From the NCBI RefSeq assembly GCF_009914755.1, contig NC_060945.1: a DNA stretch of 64,000 nucleotides. The stretch is one strand, 5' to 3'. The notes under the pieces are model-generated. The model was not told the origin of the DNA. It ran no database searches and worked only from the letters and a program-made list of their open reading frames with translations. Of the stretch, positions 26,828 through 45,830 are shown piece after piece. The DNA comes from the human T2T-CHM13v2.0 reference genome, Homo sapiens. Made by a program: the position numbers and the translations under genes. Each line of letters begins with the position of its first letter. Position 1 is the stretch's first letter.

Positions 26828-29007
26828 TCTCCTCACCTTGGGCAATTTAATCCCTCTGGACTTTGGTTTCCTAACTCGTGAGATGACAATAGTAGTTTCT
26901 TTCTAATTTGGCTGTTTTTAGGTATAAACGAAAAGAATATATAGGTAAAGTGCTTAGTACAACCGTCTGGGAAATAGCAAAGTCCCCATAATGCCAGCTG
27001 CCGTTACTGTTATGTCTAGTATCGAACTTCTCCTGGAAATCAGCCACCTCTCTCCTTGAGCCCTGTCCAGGGCCAGTGGGTTTTTGGTAGTGTAGAGGGG
27101 CAACTCCTATCTTGCAAGGAACGGCAAGAGGTCGGGGCAAGCAGCTCTCTCTGGTCACTTCTTCAAGGGGGTGGTTGCTGAGGCTTTGGAAGGGAATTTA
27201 GTGAGCTCAGACCCTCTCAAGGCTACTGTGCTCCAAGTATGTGGCAGTTCATTTCAAGCTTGATGGCACACTCTTTGCAGAGCAGTTGCCAAGGAACGAG
27301 GTAATCTTGTGACAGAAATACTGCCTGATGCTGTCAGTTTGATGGTCGAAAAGGTTTTAGGTGGTATCAAATTTTATTACTAGCATTCCTGGTCTCCATG
27401 AAAGAACCACATAAGAAGACAAGTTATGTCAAAGGACAAAACCACAGACCTAGATGGGCACCGTGCATACAGCAGACACTTGGTTTCCTTTTGATATTGA
27501 CTCAAACAGGGACTGGATTAAAAAAAGAAGAAAATAACAACAAGACCACAGACTTAAGCTGATCAGTGGTCTAACACTGGCAAGATTACTTTTGTTGATA
27601 AATTGATTTCTTGGGAAATCCTGGGAAAGTTCCTGGACGTGACCCTGTGGTCCTACCACCACTAGCTACCTGTGACCTTGGGTGAGTCAGCAAGTGGATG
27701 CAAAGGGAACACACACAGCACGGTGCCACAGCGGGCACCACCTGCCCCCCGCCGTCACAGATGGCTTGCAAATAAGCTACTCACGTACTTCCTGAGATCT
27801 GCTGCACCCAAACACACCAAGCTCAGAGAGGCTTTTGAGGCAGACAAGGGCAGGGAGAGAGGATGGTTCTTCTCGCATGGGTATTTAAGGAGTGTAGTGT
27901 CATGCGTGAGTGACTTTTTGGTTAGTAAGTTCTGCTGATTACATGAAGCAATGGGATAACTATCACGGCCAAAAGAGTATTCCTACTGCAGGCTCAGTAA
28001 GACTTTCTAATGATATTGAAGTAGTAGTTCCCTGAAAAGAGCTACTATGATCACATGGCTTGGTTAACTGTTTCTTACAAGTCTGAGCATGAATTTAACA
28101 CACACGAACTATACACTGACAAAGACAGGATGCTCCTGAAATAAAATCACAGCATCTTATTGCATATACTACATCATCCAAGGTCAAAACCCTTTCATAG
28201 AGACATTTAAAACTATAACCAAGTAAAAGAGAAAATAGATGCAAATTTGCTTTTACAAAATTTGAAAATCAACCAAAAGAGTAAGGCACAAGATGCAGTC
28301 AGCTACAAAGCACTTCAGAGAACAGCGCTTTGCTCTCAGGTCTGGGACCCACCCCCTGGGCAAGGCCGCCTGGCAGCAGGCAGGAACCAAACCCCTGCCA
28401 CCTCCACTCACTCCCAGGGTTCCTCTTTGCAGGATGGTGGGGAGCGCAGGCACCAAGGCAGGAAGGCCAGGGCAGGAAGATGCCCCGCGTCCTTCACTTT
28501 CCCTCAGTGTGAGCACACCAAGTTCCCTCTAACCAGGAGAACAGGACCCTAGGCACCAAAAGTCAAGCATGAGGGACTGCCACAGGCAGTCTGGCAGGTG
28601 TCTTTCAGATGCTAAAGTGCCAGGGTTTGCAGGATACTTGGATGGTTTACAGTGATGATGAGTTGGAGTCTTTAAACTCAATGGTGTCCTAGATACTCAG
28701 TTAGGATGATAGTGATCCCATCCATCCCGTGGTTGGTCACTGAGCTGCGTACGAAGCTGGCCTAGAATCAGACCCCGCATCCATAGGGAGAAATCATCAC
28801 CCTCTACCGGGATCTGGATTTGTTTTCAGGATCTATTCTCATGAAGGAGACTTGAGAAGCTGAGAAACTCCAGAAGAATTTAAGTTTCAAAGTCAGATGA
28901 GTTTGCTACTCAACCTTCATCATGGTTGTAGCTTTCGCTCCCAGAATACAAGGCCAGAGAGGCACCAACCAGGAGGCAAACTTCACCTTCAAGGCCAGGC
29001 AACGCCT

Positions 29008-29109
29008 GGCTACAGTTAGACCCCGCAGCAGGGTTAAAGAAGGCTACAGTTAGACCCCGCAGCAGGGTTAAAGAAGGCTACAGTTAGACCCCGCAGCAAG
29101 GTTAGAGAA
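29008..29109. repeat. 3 x 34-bp tandem repeat GGCTACAGTTAGACCCCGCAGCAGGGTTAAAGAA
   Basis: Two perfect copies and a third with 2 mismatches. Confidence 0.95.
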
Positions 29110-29289
29110 GTCTCTCCAGCAAGGCTGGGAGTTCAGCTTCCAATAGATCTAGAGGGCCAGGAGAAAAAGCATGCTGAGTGCCTGGCGGCATCTAGTGGTC
29201 ACTAGTGGTCACTGCCAGTCATCAGCTTTCCTCCAATAAACCAGTTATCATGAGAATATAAAACAATCAGGAAGAAAAAAAAGTGTAGC

Positions 29290-29597
<308 letters not shown>

Positions 29598-29685
29598 AAA
29601 AGTTTAGTATTTTATCAAAGAAAACCATGACATACTAAATAGTCCTGAAACAAAAACGATTTACACATTTTCTTCTGACTAGGTA

Positions 29686-29691
29686 TTTATT
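29686..29691 (-). terminator. CFAP298: AATAAA polyadenylation signal of CFAP298
   Basis: tttatt ~175 nt past the stop codon. Confidence 0.75.
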
Positions 29692-29863
29692 AAGTTCTAA
29701 AACCTTGAATAACTGCTATTTTAAAAATTCACACTAAAAGAAAACTAGAAATGTTAACATCTTTTACAGAGGGCAGTAAGTGGCCTTTTTTTTTTTTTTA
29801 AATTATAATTGCCTAGGAGAAAGGTGAGCTAATCTCTTTGGAAGTGTCATCAGCTGGTGAACT

Positions 29864-29974
29864 TCATCTTGGTCTCCACTTTATGTCTTTCACTCCATGA
29901 AAATGTCTTTTCAAAGCAGTGTTATCCGCCCATGGTGAGTTTAAATAGGCATCATCATCATTTTCTTCCAATCT
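29864..29974 (-). CDS. CFAP298: CFAP298 exon 7 (RLEENDDDAYL...KWRPR*)
   Basis: ttccag|AGA acceptor; TGA at 29864-29866; total CDS 873 nt = 290 aa. Confidence 0.95.
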   Translation of the reverse strand, partial: RLEENDDDAYLNSPWADNTALKRHFHGVKDIKWRPR

Positions 29975-30272
29975 CTGGAAATAAGTATGTTTTATTCAGG
30001 CAGGCATTTCAGGAAAGTGTTTTGCACATAAAGAGACTGAAGAAAGAGTCCATGACTGACCTCCCCCTCTCCCTGCCCTCTAGGAGCAGGATACTGCCAT
30101 GTCTAACACCAGGGGACACCTGGCAGGACCCCGACAGACCTGCAGACAGAAGCTCTAGAAAGACCCCTCCCCGGCATTCTGCAGAGCTCACTGCTCCCCA
30201 GCAGCCCCAGGTAAGGCACACAGGCTATGTGTGGGCGCCAGCACTGCAGAAAGCCCATCTGTCCCCTGCTAC

Positions 30273-30368
30273 CTTGAGCTCCTCTTGTCTTCTGTGATAG
30301 TACAGCATCAGCTGCTTCTGCTCCTCACTGCTAATAATAGGCTCTCGGGCTGGAGCTCCCTGTCCCCT
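30273..30368 (-). CDS. CFAP298: CFAP298 exon 6 (RGQGAPAREP...EELK)
   Basis: tttgcag|AGG acceptor, AAG|gtagca donor; 96 nt. Confidence 0.95.
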
Positions 30369-31161
30369 CTGCAAAGAGGAGAGCAGAGCAAATTGTGGAT
30401 TAAGGTGTTCTTAGAGTGACAATCCTGAAGTTACAACAAATGTTTTACGATTGCCTTTGCCGGCTACTAAAGATAAACAGGTCCCCCATGTCTGATCACC
30501 CGAAGTGAAGCATCAAGGGAAGCCTTGGTCTTGAGCAGCCCTGAGCCCTGGACTCTCACTGTGTGGAGACCAGAGGCTGCACGATACCATCTCTGTCTTG
30601 ACCATTCCCAAGGCAGACACTGCAGGCAGGTCCAGTGGGAAAGGGAGGATGCTCAGAGCCACGGACTCTGGATCTACATAAGGTGGAGGGCCCCATTTCC
30701 CCAAAATCACAGCCTAGTGACGTAGGAGCACCCACAAAACCAAGGCGGCCCCTCAGGTTACAGCGCTACACGATGTCCTTCAAAGGTCTCGAACCTTTCC
30801 TCCTCCCCCTCCTGTACACAGCATCAGCAGTTTGAAAAAGCCTGAAATCAGTGACGGGCGAAATTTTACATTTCAAGGAACATATCTGTTTACTTGCAGC
30901 CCTATTTTTACGCTTGAAATTAACATAGTATATTTCCTCTCCCCCACATATTAAAACAAACTCTAGATATTGGTACTCAATCCATATTTTCTTCCAGTTT
31001 TTGTTGGTGTGCAGGAAGAGGATATTTTTAGTTTAAACCCGAGCCAATAAGATTAAAATATTTGTACCAGTAGTTTAAATCTTTCGGATTCACTGTACAT
31101 TTTTATCAGTTTGAAGGGAAATAACAAAAACTACTGACACATTAAAGCAAAAAGTACTTAC

Positions 31162-31293
31162 TTGCTGAATCTTGGCGATAATTTTGGTTTTTTCATTCTT
31201 CCCCACGTAGTCTGAAAGCTTCTTCGTTCTTCTCAGCTCCTTGGCTGCCCACCACAGCTGCGCCTCTGCCTCTTTAATGACGTTGAGCCCTGC
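31162..31293 (-). CDS. CFAP298: CFAP298 exon 5 (AGLNVIKEAEAQLWWAAKEL...KIQQ)
   Basis: cccag|GCA acceptor, CAA|gtaagt donor; 132 nt. Confidence 0.95.
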
Positions 31294-32125
31294 CTGGGGC
31301 CAGTCGTAAGAATGGCTTGACTGTGTGTTCCCACCCAGGGGGCAGAGCCCAGCTGAGCCCCTCCCAGCAGGGGGCAGGGGACAGATTTCTCCCCGTGCTC
31401 ACCATGGGAGGCCTGACTCCCGCACCTCACTCTAAGTCCTTGCTGACTTTAGTACCTTCCCTGTTAAGTTTCCACTCATGCCCTGACTCAGTTAACTTCC
31501 TCCTCTGGACAACAGGGAGATCCTATCTCATTTGCACCTTGATCCATATAGTTCGTCTTAGACAGATCTGTAGGCCACTGCCAGGGAAGGGCACTGGCAT
31601 CGTGCTGGGTGTTTAAATCGAGGTATAAAGGGGCTGCCTGTTTACTTCTGCATATTTCATTTATTTAACATGGCTTAGACAAAGAATATTGTCCAATAGG
31701 ATAAGAAGTGAGAAAACCCAAGGAAAATGGAACATGAGGGTCAGAAAATAACATGAAGCAACAGGTAAGACTAGAAACACAAATTTCCATGCAAAGGGAC
31801 TGACGCATTTGGGTAGAAATAGGAAGAAATTAGGTAGCTGGCTTCCTAGCAGCCAAAGACAGTGGAAATGTTTGCAGTCACTCCTGATGAGCGGCCTCAC
31901 AAACTGCGTCCACTGCCTCCTGTGTGTGGGGCCAAACCCCTCACTCATGAGTACCCACTCTCAGGGGCTGCTCCTGAATTCAGAACTCTGCTCTGAAGCA
32001 GGGCATAGCAAACCTGAAAGCTGTGTAGGGAGCAAAACACTACATCCAGAAGAGGGGCATCAAATCTTAAGGGCTTTGGGGGCCAGGAACTCAACCTCCA
32101 GAGTACCCACTCACAAACTACGTAC

Positions 32126-32284
32126 CTGTGTTCCCGACAAGTCTTCCTTATTTTCAAACTCCATGCGGATGGGATCATACGGTGGCAACCCCATGGGGTA
32201 AACAATCATCACCGCGCCTCGAAGCTGGTCCAAGGCATCTTTCACCATCTCCATGGTAACACAGACACCGGCTTCCACTTGTTT
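32126..32284 (-). CDS. CFAP298: CFAP298 exon 4 (KQVEAGVC...VYPMGLPPYDP...SGTQ)
   Basis: tgcag|AAA acceptor, CAG|gtacgt donor; 159 nt; within ORF 32111..32302. Confidence 0.95.
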
Positions 32285-32894
32285 CTGCAAGCAGAAAGCC
32301 ATCGTTATCTACAGTGTGGCTAATCACTTCCATAAATTCGATCAAGATCTTGTACAAGACCCTTGCCAGATACTGCCAGAGCAACAAAAAGAAATCAAAC
32401 AGTTCTTGCTCCCAGAGTGACTACCATCTATTTCAGGGGCTGAGCGAAGCACACCGTGGCCTGTATTATAAAGCAGACGGTGAGCAGCACTGAGCATGGA
32501 GTACAATGAAGTGCAAAGAATTCTCAAAGGAGAAAGAGCCCAATGCTGGCAGCACAGATGGCAGTGAGGATCGGGAGATACGGCAGGGGGAGCAGGCACC
32601 GCAGGTGGGCCTCGAAATGCAGATGGGCTGAAAAGGTACAGATGGCAGCAGGTGCTTCAGGACAAGCTGAAACAAAGAAAAGCAGGCGCCAGCCCCCTCA
32701 GCATGGGGCAGGAAGGAGAGAAGATGAGGCCAGCTCTAGCTGGATCAGCTGAAGTTTGTTTTTGAATGGCCACAAAAGCCAGGCTGAAGAGTTCACCTTT
32801 CCTCTGTTAGGCCACGGGAAGCGACTGCCTTTTCTGGGAAGGAGTGGTAATGTTGAGAGATTTATCTTGTAGCTGATATAGAACAGACCTAGTT

Positions 32895-33910
<1,016 letters not shown>

Positions 33911-35293
33911 AGAATGCAAAAGGCTACAGGAGAGCCTTAAAGAAAGCCACAGCTGTGGAAGTGAAAGGAAGAGGTGGACTTAAGAGGCATCATGGGAGCA
34001 GACGGTACAGAACCCCACTTCAAACCTAGAGGTGACAGAAGGGAGAAGTGTTGAAGATGACACTGAGGATTTGCCCTATAAAACCAAGACACTGTGGTTC
34101 TGTTACTGGAAACAGAGAAGCTCATAGGAGGTGCTGATTCTCAGGGACAGAACAGAGAGGGAGAGGAGTGAGGAAGCAAAGAGCTCATTTCTAGAAAACT
34201 GGACTTCAAAGTGCTGACTGGGTGTTCAGATAGAACCATCTCACAACCAGCTGGAAATTCAGGTTGGAAGTGAAGCAAGATGTCAGGGGGAAAGGATGGA
34301 AGCTTCAGAGTTATCTGCAGAGGGTGGAATTTGCATTTGGCAGAGTAGATAAGATACTGAGAGAGGAAGAAGACCAAGGATAAAAAGTACTTTCAGAAGT
34401 ACACAGGCAAAGGGGAGAAGTGAGGCGACCGAGAGAGGAGTTCCACAGCAAAGTGTGGGGAGAAGGGTGCAGAACAACAGCCAGACCACTGTTTTCTTGC
34501 CATGGCCTGAGACGTGCTCACATGCCTAGATGCCATCACCACGCAAACGACGGGCTCAACCAGGGCCTCTCCTGTAGAGCTTCATAAAGCCTTTCCTATA
34601 TTAACAGGCACAGAGCTTCAGGGCAGCCTTTGCTGAGGCTCTTCAAAGATTAGTCAAAAGCTTGGTAAGTTTGAGAAATATTGGTTTAAAAATAACAGTT
34701 CTGCTGAGCAAACCAGGAGAAGCAGAAGAAAAAGTGGTGATCAGTCAAGAGACTTGCAGTTGAGAGCGGTAGCAACTAATATCACCAACACACAAATACA
34801 AGCAACAGATACAGATACCACTTCTTTCAATAGCCTTAAATTCTCTTCCTCCAGATACACATTATCTGTATATCAATGGTATAAATTTACGCTCCTCCCT
34901 CTATAAACTAGCCTTTGTATAAAATGCTGAAGACAATTACAAAAAACCATTTATATCAAATACATATTAAGTCAATCAAGTGTCTGGAGAGCTACTCGAT
35001 GGCCACAATATTCAAATCTCCCCTACTTAACTTTGTTAAGTTCTTCAAAAAGGTAAAAGAAATGAAATCAACATTTGTATTATACATATTTGTATTATAC
35101 GTGAACCTATATTTACATAAGCCAACAAAAATTTGTGTCTGCCTGGAGGAACGGAGAGGCCTCTGGGCAACCGTCAGGATTATGAAAGGAAAAGCTACAG
35201 CCTACCCCAAATACGCTTGTTTCCTTTGCCTCCGGAAGGCTGAAAGAGAAGGCTGGCTGAGAGGCAACTCTGGAAGCCAGAGTTGGAGTTTTA

Positions 35294-35631
<338 letters not shown>

Positions 35632-35649
35632 TCATTTAAAAAAGCCAAC

Positions 35650-35717
35650 CTTAGATATTATTGCTTTGGCTTCTTCTATAGTCTTCTTTAACACTTGCTT
35701 CATCTTCTCATTTGGAG
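35650..35717 (-). CDS. CFAP298: CFAP298 exon 3 ([23 protein letters not shown])
   Basis: tatag|CT acceptor, AAG|gttggc donor; 68 nt, phase 1-0. Confidence 0.95.
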
Positions 35718-35974
35718 CTATAAAAATAAAAAGGAGAGAGGGAGAAAGAGCTGTCAAATACAAAGCCTCTTCTGAAATACCTCAATCCCCTCTGTCTGAG
35801 TCAGGGGGTAAATGAACTGAGAGAGAGTGCGAGTGTGGAATTTAGGGAAGAGAAGCAAGAAACCTGGCTGCCGGAAGTTAGGTGAAGACCTCTTCCCAAC
35901 AGCAGAGACCTGGAGTGTGCTTTACGCAAAGTGGCAAAGGCTACAAAAAACAGAAATGCATGTCGTTGGGTAAA

Positions 35975-36188
35975 CAGGGCCGGTGAACTTTTTCTGGAAA
36001 GGGCCAGAGAGTAAAATTTGAGGCTTTGCAGGCCACACAGTCTTGTTGGGTGGGATAACTCAGCTCTGCCACGTAGCACAAGAGCAGACAATACTTAAAT
36101 AACTGGGGTAGCTGCGTCTCCTTACAATTTTATTTACAATAGGCAGCTGGCTAAATTTGACCTGTAGCCCATAATTTGGTGACCCCTA
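35975..36188 (+). mobile_element. MER58A (hAT-Charlie)
   Basis: cagggccggtgaactttttctg..aagggccaga..actcagctctgcc..gacccct. Confidence 0.7.
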
Positions 36189-36341
36189 GATCAGGAAAAA
36201 ATAATAACTTGAAAGCTTAGAAGCCAAAAAAAAAAAAAAAAAGAAGAAGAAGATGGAATGCCCAAACCTAGGGAAAATGGGGCAAGTTGAAACCATACAT
36301 TCCTAGTAAATAACAGTATTAATTAGACATTGAAAATATTA

Positions 36342-36686
<345 letters not shown>

Positions 36687-37499
36687 TTAATTTAAGAACA
36701 TATTACATATTGGTTTAATGATGAATAATGAACTGTTAACTGGTTCTCATATTTTTTTTCCTCATCTTACCACATCTTCTTACGTAAGAAAGCTGTGGAA
36801 GACAACCATTTTTCAGGTTAACATTGAAAGGAAAAAATACTAGGAATTCTTACTATCCCTGATATTTAAAAAAATGTATTTTTGAGCTGCTAAAGGCCTT
36901 GCAGGAATACTGTTCTTTTACTCCTAACAGTGTTTTAGGGCTGTTCAATTACAGTGTTTTAAATGGCGCTTTTAATGCAGGTTAAAAAGAATAAGCTATC
37001 AAAAAGGATTATCATCAATTCCACATGATCAGCCAAACACTGAAAGGAGAGGAATTTCCTCAGTGTTTTGCCGTGTACTGAAGTGCTCTGCCCCAGAGAG
37101 AAGCATGTCCTTGATCAGGGAAGTCCATGTGCTGACATGCTTTCCCTTTCCTCTTTCACACAGTCCATCTCGAAAGATCCCCCAACATTTGCGAACAGTA
37201 ACAAAACACAACTCTGAATACATTGCGGTGAGGACCTGCCAACAATTATTAGGTGGAAACACATGAAATTGCCAATACTCAACCATTTTTGAGCTACAGA
37301 AGGGAAAGGGTCATTTCATCTGGTTCGTCGAATACATATAAAAGCAAGCTGCAACTTATTAAAGAGCAAGACAAAAGCTTCCTTTATCTACCTAATTCAT
37401 CCTAGATTAGAGTTTTACCAAAGGAGCTACAGAGTACAGTATTTTGTAAGTCTGTAGAGAAATGACGAGGTCAATTTTTAAACGTAAAGAACTGCTTTC

Positions 37500-37776
37500 T
37501 CACACCTGTAATCCCAGCACTTTGGGAGGCCGAGACCGGCAGATCATCTGAGGTCACGAGTTCGAGACCAGCCTGGCCAACATGGCAAAACCCCGTCTCT
37601 ACTAAAAATACAAAAATTAGTCAGGTGTGGTGGCACATGCCTGTAGTCCCAGCTACTCAAGAGGCGGAGGCAGGAGAATCGCTTGAACCTGGAAGACAGA
37701 GGTGGCAGTGAGCTGAGATTGTGCCACTGCACTCCAGCCTGGGCTAGAGCAAGAATCCGTCTCAAAAAAAAAAAAA
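37500..37776 (+). mobile_element. Alu (S-type)
   Basis: Near-full dimer; tail ends ~60 nt from the exon 2 donor. Confidence 0.9.
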
Positions 37777-37838
37777 GGAACTGTTTTCATACTTATGCCT
37801 GTATCAAGCATGCACATAGAAGAGAAATCCTCACTTAC

Positions 37839-38006
37839 CTTGCCCATTCCTTCGTCCAATATCATCCTTTTTAAACACTGCACCTCCGCTGGGTACGCAT
37901 TTTTCACCCCATTCATCCTTCAATTTCAATTCTTCAATCTGATCATCGGTCAGTCCTTGCATATTAGGAGGGAGAAATATGCCATGTTCGGCTAATTCTT
38001 CCATTT
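37839..38006 (-). CDS. CFAP298: CFAP298 exon 2 (EMEELAEHGIFLPP...GRRNGQ)
   Basis: ttttaag|AA acceptor, CAAG|gtaagt donor; 168 nt, phase 1-1. Confidence 0.95.
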
Positions 38007-38167
38007 CTTAAAAATAAGTGAAAGACAGTATCACAATCATAACACCTCATACCCCATTGGAATGTAAGCTCCAAAGAGTCAGGGGTCTTGCCCATCTGGC
38101 TCACTATTTTATGGAACAAACATTTATATGCCACTTGCTATGTGCCAGACCTGGCCTGGGCCTTTGA

Positions 38168-38551
<384 letters not shown>

Positions 38552-38959
38552 TGAATTTTCAGTTCACTAATGTGACTCTTAGCATTCAGCACATTTCCAA
38601 TTTATAACGTTATAGGAAAAGAAGATGAATTCCTTTTCTCCTCAAATGCTTTAACTTAAAAATAACATTTAATATTGAGTTTGTGTTGGAACCTCAATTA
38701 AGAAACTACACATAAGTTTCATGAAAAGAACCATGACCCTCAGGAATTTCTCCACGGTGCAAAACTCACATATTCATATAATGTAATCAATACATTTCAT
38801 AATAAATCACATATTCATGCAATTTAATAAATCACATAAATGAATATACTATTTATTGCAAATAGTTACGTTTGTATATTCTATATATACACGATAGTTA
38901 TATAAACAGTAATATCCTAGACCACATCAGGAAGTATCATCCCGTCAAGTTCAAAAACT

Positions 38960-39540
<581 letters not shown>

Positions 39541-40105
39541 GGCCCTTCCACCGCCGGAAAGTTCTGCGGCAAAGCGGGTGCCCTGGAACCTGCGCGGGGT
39601 AGGGAGACGGCGCCGCAACGCAACAGGCCGTTTCCAGGGCGGGGAAAGATCACCAAGGCTTCCTCAACTGTAAGGGGCCGTCCCAAAGCCAGGTGGCTCG
39701 CTGCTTTACATTGGGCGACTAAAAATAGTAAATTCAGCTTTTAAAAGCCCACCTAGTTCTCATCTCACCCCTCACACGTGATTAATTGCACTAAGTCTGC
39801 TGTTCAGCCCGGCCTTTCGGCTCCCTCCTCCCTCCCCAGCCCATTTCCACTTATTCGCAGCACCCCAAATCCTGGCTCCGAGAGGCACCTGGGCCCACCT
39901 CCCAGCCCGGGGTGTCAGACAGGCCGGATCTTCTCCGGTTCCTTATTCATCTCCGGTTAACCCTAGTGTCCCGTTTCAACCCCGGCTGCTGCAAATCTCT
40001 TCAATAATCTTCACAAACCTGACCCCTCGGCCCACCCTGCCCCTCTTTCTCCATCCCACGCCGGTCTCTCGATCTGTCCGGGATGGGCCCACCCGCGAGC
40101 CGCAC

Positions 40106-40244
40106 CTGAGCAGAGGCGCTGCACCTTGAGCCGCCCATTATAGACCCGGGCCACCTGCACCGTGAGCTCCTCCAGCTCGGTACTCCCAGGCGCCTGCAGC
40201 AGGAACTGGCTCTCGTCGCCCCGCTTCACGTGCAGCAGAACCAT
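40106..40244 (-). CDS. CFAP298: CFAP298 (C21orf59, cilia- and flagella-associated protein 298) coding exon 1 (MVLLHVKRGDESQF...QRLCS)
   Basis: Kozak accgccATGG; donor AG|gtgcgg; 139 nt. Confidence 0.96.
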
Positions 40245-41220
40245 GGCGGTCCCGCCGAGGTACTGAGGCGTTGAGAAGGCCCCGGCTGCGTGGCCCGCGG
40301 GTCCTGCCGGCCGAGGGTCGCCGGATCGCCAGCAGCTGCGACGCACTAACAGCCGCTCACAGTCCGGAATCCCACGCTCCCTAGCCCGCGGTGAGCGGGG
40401 GAAACGGCACTCGCTCCCGGAAGTGGATGTTGCCAAGAGCAACAGTGAAGCAGAGTTAAAGAGCCGCCAGCTCAAGCTCAGAACCCGAGTGGGGGAGGCT
40501 GGGGTGCACCGAGGCCCAGCAATCCAAGCCCGTACGGAGCTGCGGCCGGGGAAACCACCCACACAGTCTGAGAGGACAGCTGATTCTGAGCGGACCGACG
40601 GAAGGAGATTCGCAGAGCCCCTTCCCGGAAGTGACTGTTGTCGCGGCAACTGCCAAAACACAGACCAAGTCGCTGAAGGGGAGGGCGGACCTCCCAATCG
40701 ACTGGTCTGGGGCCCGAGATTTCCACTCAGGGAGATACGTGGGCTGAGATGGGAGTTACTAGATGGGGAACGGGAAATACGGCGGGAACCACAATCGCGC
40801 AGTTCCGCAGCTGCCGCCCCACAACCGCTCCACATTCCAGCGTCCCTTCCGCCGCTTTCAGTCTCCACTTCCGGCAACGTTTCCACGCTGTTTCCGGCCT
40901 GGGAAAGTTCGGCGGCAGCGACCCAGAACTGAGTCTTGCTGTTCGCTGCTGTTTGCGCGGGTCAGCTTTTCAGGACGGAGGGGCCAGGGCGAGTGTCCGC
41001 ACTTCTTCGTTCAGGTTGATTTGGATGGCGTTGCTGGGGTAGCTCCAGCGGCCCCTGCCAGAGCGACCCTCCCAGAAATATCCAGCCATCCTCCAGCGGA
41101 CTCTTGCTGAAGGCAGTCGGCGTCAGTCGCTGTTTATTCCGGGCCCCACAGATCCAGAGTCACTGCTCTCATGGAGCTTATATTTTAGTGTGACAAAAAG
41201 AAAACAAAAATAAATGGACA

Positions 41221-41520
41221 GGCCAGGAGCGGTGGCTCACGCGTGTAATCCCAACACTTAGGGAGGCCGAGGAGGGCGGATCACCTGAGGTCAGGAGTTC
41301 GAAAGCAGCCTGGCCAACATGGTGAAACCCCTTCTCTACTAAAAATACAAAAATTAGCCGAACGTAGTGGCGCGTGCCAGTAATTCCAGCTACTAGGGAG
41401 CCTGAGGTGGGAGAATTGCTTGAACCCGGGAGGCGGAGGTTGCAGTGAGCCTAGATCGCGCCACTACCCTCCAGCCTTGGCGACAGAGTGAGACTGTGTC
41501 TCAAAAATAATAAATAAACA
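41221..41520 (+). mobile_element. Alu (Sx-like)
   Basis: Full dimer. Confidence 0.9.
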
Positions 41521-41600
41521 AACGGACAACACAAATTCAAATACAGATCTAAAGAAAACTAAACAGGTTGATGGACTTCTTATGTTTGATGGTCAGGGAA

Positions 41601-42679
<1,079 letters not shown>

Positions 42680-42749
42680 TAAAATGGGCACAATATCCCT
42701 AAAGTTTCACATTCCGAAACATTTTTTAAATATTTGCTTTTTAGAAATT

Positions 42750-45830
<3,081 letters not shown>

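Noticed and set aside
40423-40932. 169-aa plus-strand ORF as a divergent gene
   Set aside because: GTG start within the CpG island, low-information composition, and no homology that I can recognise.
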